Source of the DNA: an uncultured Planctomycetota bacterium
Lineage (GTDB): Bacteria; Planctomycetota; Phycisphaerae; Tepidisphaerales; Tepidisphaeraceae
NCBI GenBank assembly: GCA_963841915.1
Contig: CAWJEN010000006.1
Location: 1,024,001-1,088,000, forward strand
Direction: 5' to 3'
Length of the DNA stretch: 64,000 bases
The notes under the pieces are model-generated. The model was given only the letters and a program-made list of their open reading frames with translations, searched no databases and was not told where the DNA came from. Shown here in pieces: positions 60,772 to 64,000 of this stretch (positions within the stretch are counted from its first letter, which is position 1; each line of letters opens with the position of its first letter). Both the position numbers and the translations under genes were made by a program.

Positions 60772-61479
60772 TCAGAATGGCAGCGGCGTTGCGTTGAGGT
60801 GCTCCAAGACGCGGTCGGCGATTGCCGCCCGCAGCCCGGACTCGCCGCCGAACTGGAAGTTGAGCTGTGAGGCGTAGGCGGCGCAAGCGTCGATCTTGGT
60901 CGGCAGCTCGCCCGTGATGTCGATCGACCAGGTCGACGAGGGCGGCTCGGGCTCGCGAAAGACGTACGGCGTGTCGTGCCAGAAGCGGGCGGTGCACCGC
61001 GACGGTACTTGCAGCTCGATCGCGGCCCGGATGACGTGTCGATGATCGACGTGCCTGCCGAAGCCGGCGGGCAGGTAGACGTGGTCACCGTCACCGATCC
61101 AAGGGATAAGCAGGTCGGCAACCTTCATCGAACAGGAGCTATCGCTCGACACGAGCGGCCCGAAGAGCATCGACGCGTCGTCGTACCCGCGGTGCGGCGC
61201 TTCAGGCAGGCCGAGGTGTGCGACGTGATCTTCATCGACCCCAAGGCGACGAAGTGCTTCGAGGTCTTCGTCGCGACGCAGGGCCATGTAGTCGATGTCG
61301 GGGCTGATGCCTTTGCTCGTCTGGCACGCAAGCGCAAAGCCGGTCGGGCTCGGCACGCTTTGGGTAAAGACGGTCAGGACGCGGACGGTTTCGCCCGCGC
61401 TGGCGAGTTGCTTGATGAGGCCGCCGACGCTGAAGACGGCATCATCAAGGTGCGGCGAGATGAAGACGTGCGACTTCAC
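60772..61479 (-). CDS. PIG-L/LmbE family N-acetyl-sugar deacetylase
   Basis: SPHLDDA, RRDED, HVDH, YASQ; GTG start overlapping the upstream stop. Confidence 0.9.
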   Translation of the reverse strand: MKSHVFISPHLDDAVFSVGGLIKQLASAGETVRVLTVFTQSVPSPTGFALACQTSKGISPDIDYMALRRDEDLEALRRLGVDEDHVAHLGLPEAPHRGYDDASMLFGPLVSSDSSCSMKVADLLIPWIGDGDHVYLPAGFGRHVDHRHVIRAAIELQVPSRCTARFWHDTPYVFREPEPPSSTWSIDITGELPTKIDACAAYASQLNFQFGGESGLRAAIADRVLEHLNATPLPF

Positions 61480-62687
61480 AGCAGATGCGGCTCGCGGCGG
61501 AAGCGGCAATCGTCGGGCTCGCCGGTGATCGGCTCGAAGCTGCCACGCGGGCCGGCGGTGCGGATGTCGCGGTAAATCTGACTGATCTGCCGGGCGACGG
61601 TGGGCCAGGCGTAGAGCGTGCGGACCTCAGACAAGGCAGTGCGGGCCAGCCGCTGCCGAAGGCCGGCGTCGCTGAGCATGCGGTCGATCGCGGCGGTAAG
61701 CGCCTCGACGTCACTCACCGGGACAAGCAGCGCGTCGCGATCATCAGCGACGCAATCTCGCACGCCGACGGCGTCGCAGGAAACGATCGGCAGGCCGCTG
61801 GCCATCGCTTCCAGGATGGTGTTGGAGAACCCCTCGGCGTGCGTCGGGCTGACAAAAACGTCGGCCTTGCGGTAAAGATCGGGCGCGGCGAAGTAGTCGG
61901 CGTAGCCGGTGACGGTCACGTTCGGCATGGCGTCGCCGCGTCGCTTGGTCTCCTCGTAGTCCGGGCCGATGCCGCTGACGGTCAGGTGGAACGGGCGATC
62001 GAGTCGGTCGACAGCATCGAGCAGTTCGAGCACGCCTTTTCGCCGGTCGACGCGGCCGTGATAGAGCAGCCGCGGCGGCTCGCTCAAGTCGCCGAGCGTG
62101 CGGCCGGCGCGAGGCTGAAAGCGGCTCGTGTCGACTGCCCCGGGAATGATCGTGAAGACGTCGCGTGGCACGTCGAGACGATCGCTGACTTCCTGGGCGA
62201 ACGAGTCGCTGCCGATGATGACAGCGTCGGCGTCGCGGCAGACTTTCTGCATCGCCAGTCGATGCGTACAGCAGCAGTCGCCGACCCAATGCCCGTCGCC
62301 GCCCTGGATACTGACGACGCACGGCAGGCCAAGTCGCTTTGCAGCGACGAGGGCGGCGTAGCCCGTCGGATAGCCATATTGGGCGTGGATGACTTCGAAC
62401 GGGAACGCATGGTGACGCCGCCCGACCTCGTTGGCGAGTGCTTCAATGTCGGCCTCAAAATCGCCGTCGGTCTGCTCGCCGACGCTCTCGAAGCCGACGA
62501 CGCATGCGCCGTCAATACCGGGTGGCGGCCCGCCACCGTAGACGTCGGCCGTCTCGCCGCCGTAGTACTGGCTGAACATGGTGACGTCGTGCCCGATCGC
62601 CACCATCTGCCGCACCATGTTGTCGGCATAGACGCTCATGCCGCTGATCGTCGGAAAGTACCGACGCGACAGGAAGCAGATTCTCAT
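61476..62687 (-). CDS. GT4 glycosyltransferase
   Basis: GRVDRRKG and EGFSNTILEAMASGLP (E-x7-E motif). Confidence 0.92.
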   Translation of the reverse strand: MRICFLSRRYFPTISGMSVYADNMVRQMVAIGHDVTMFSQYYGGETADVYGGGPPPGIDGACVVGFESVGEQTDGDFEADIEALANEVGRRHHAFPFEVIHAQYGYPTGYAALVAAKRLGLPCVVSIQGGDGHWVGDCCCTHRLAMQKVCRDADAVIIGSDSFAQEVSDRLDVPRDVFTIIPGAVDTSRFQPRAGRTLGDLSEPPRLLYHGRVDRRKGVLELLDAVDRLDRPFHLTVSGIGPDYEETKRRGDAMPNVTVTGYADYFAAPDLYRKADVFVSPTHAEGFSNTILEAMASGLPIVSCDAVGVRDCVADDRDALLVPVSDVEALTAAIDRMLSDAGLRQRLARTALSEVRTLYAWPTVARQISQIYRDIRTAGPRGSFEPITGEPDDCRFRREPHLL

Positions 62688-64000
62688 CGCGTCTCCTCGG
62701 CTAAGGCGATTGCGTGAACTTCAGGCTCGCGGTAGAGGCAGTAGTAGTTGCCGACCTGTGCGTCGAGCCTGGCCTTGTGCATCCATGCGGCGCTGCCGTC
62801 GTCGAGCAGAACGCGATCGGCCCCGGCCGGTGGCGTGCCGTAGCCGACGAAGTCAAAGCCGCGGGCGGTCAGGCGGTCCAGATTGCGACGGCCGATGCGG
62901 TGGTACGTCATCGTCTCGACCTCCATCGCCGGCACAATGGCCTTGCACGCAGCCGTCGTTTGCGTTCGCCCGTAGTCGGCTACATAAATCGGAAGTCCCT
63001 CGGCCGCGTAACGCTTCGTCACCTCTTCCAGCAGGCTCGACACACCATCCATAGTGCCGCGCTCGATCGTCGGCAGGTCGCTGAACCTGGTCGTCTCCGT
63101 GACCTTGAACACGTCGCGGTGCATGAGCTGCATCGTCTCGTCAGCCGACAGGTTCACGAGGCGGCGGACGTCGTCGAAGCTGCGGGATTCCTCGACCGTG
63201 GCGGGGTTTTGGCGAAAGCGGTCGAGGTAGTCGGCCGGGAACAGATGCTTCATCGCCTGGATCGGCCCGTGCGTGAAGAACTTGCGGACGCGGCTGGCGC
63301 AGAACTCCAGCAACGCCTTGCTCAGTGCCGCCTCGCGATCCGGGTGGGCCGCCTCGCCGCAGCCGGTGAGCATGATCGGGTGCGGCACACTTGTGGGCTC
63401 ACGCTCGTGACCGACGACGTACAGATTCGTCATGCCAAGGTTCGTGTCGGCGAGCTTGACGACGACCTCGATGCCGGCCTCGTCGAGCCGTTGCAGAAGC
63501 TCACGCGTCGCCGGTGTCTGCACGTCGTCGAGCTCGATGCGAACGTGCCGATCGACGGCGCGATAACCGGCCGAGTTGCCGTCACGTTGCACAAGCTCGA
63601 GCAGGCCATGACAGAGTGCGCGTTCGAAGGTGTCGCCCGCGCCGTTGCCGTTGGAGATCGGCTGGAACAAGGGCGACGTCACGCCACCGCCGAGGTCATA
63701 CCGGTGCGTCGCCGCCGCCTCGATCGGGCACCAGACGTCGGGCATCGCCTCGAACGCGCATCTCGGCTCGTATCGCTTCACCGCAACCCACGTCAAAGGC
63801 GTGTCATGGTCGTAGCTCGTCCCGGCGGGCAGGCGAAGCGACCGCGGATCGATCTTGTCGCCCTCCATCTCGTTGAACGACCCGCGACGTTGCGGCAGCT
63901 TCGTCACGCCGTGACTGCCGGTCTGTTCGATCAGCTCCGCCCACGCACCGACGCGTGCCCGCAGGTCTGACTCGCCGTACCCGATGCCGTTGATCATCTC
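62684..64000 (-). CDS. YcaO-family protein (N-terminus beyond the window edge)
   Basis: SNGNGAG...GLLELVQRD and G.AAHPD..AL.KALLE..SR, resembling YcaO ATP/Mg-binding motifs. Confidence 0.85.
   Translation of the reverse strand, partial: EMINGIGYGESDLRARVGAWAELIEQTGSHGVTKLPQRRGSFNEMEGDKIDPRSLRLPAGTSYDHDTPLTWVAVKRYEPRCAFEAMPDVWCPIEAAATHRYDLGGGVTSPLFQPISNGNGAGDTFERALCHGLLELVQRDGNSAGYRAVDRHVRIELDDVQTPATRELLQRLDEAGIEVVVKLADTNLGMTNLYVVGHEREPTSVPHPIMLTGCGEAAHPDREAALSKALLEFCASRVRKFFTHGPIQAMKHLFPADYLDRFRQNPATVEESRSFDDVRRLVNLSADETMQLMHRDVFKVTETTRFSDLPTIERGTMDGVSSLLEEVTKRYAAEGLPIYVADYGRTQTTAACKAIVPAMEVETMTYHRIGRRNLDRLTARGFDFVGYGTPPAGADRVLLDDGSAAWMHKARLDAQVGNYYCLYREPEVHAIALAEETR

Overview
This is a GC-rich bacterial chromosomal window. 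The 16S rRNA signatures, a PEP-CTERM protein, an H-X9-DG protein and several Uma2 genes point to a planctomycete, probably Phycisphaerae (inference). Most of it is housekeeping: der, dnaK, monomeric icd, mrp/apbC, a cardiolipin synthase-like PLD, rsmH, cdsA, pgl, hemC, pdhA/pdhB, RNase HI and a stand-alone 16S rRNA gene with its own tandem promoters, processing stalk and terminator. Three parS-type palindromes flank dnaK, suggesting the window is near the replication origin. The main candidate novel system is a tightly packed 8-gene minus-strand operon at 21119-26818, behind a sigma-54-type promoter. It encodes a Hanks Ser/Thr kinase with a double zinc ribbon, three membrane proteins with C-terminal zinc ribbons, a 40-aa membrane peptide, and three tandem proteins that look like ESCRT-III (Snf7/CdvB-type) subunits. 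One of these is fused behind a nuclease-like domain and a winged helix. Other notable items are a YcaO-GT4-PIG-L operon at the right edge, a Uma2 insertion marked by a duplicated 3' end of an Old Yellow Enzyme gene, REP/REPIN-like repeats, a toxin-antitoxin module inside pdhAB, a dcw remnant (rsmH-LysM-ftsL-like) and a possible aerolysin-like pore-former. All family calls were made by eye from motifs; no database searches were run.
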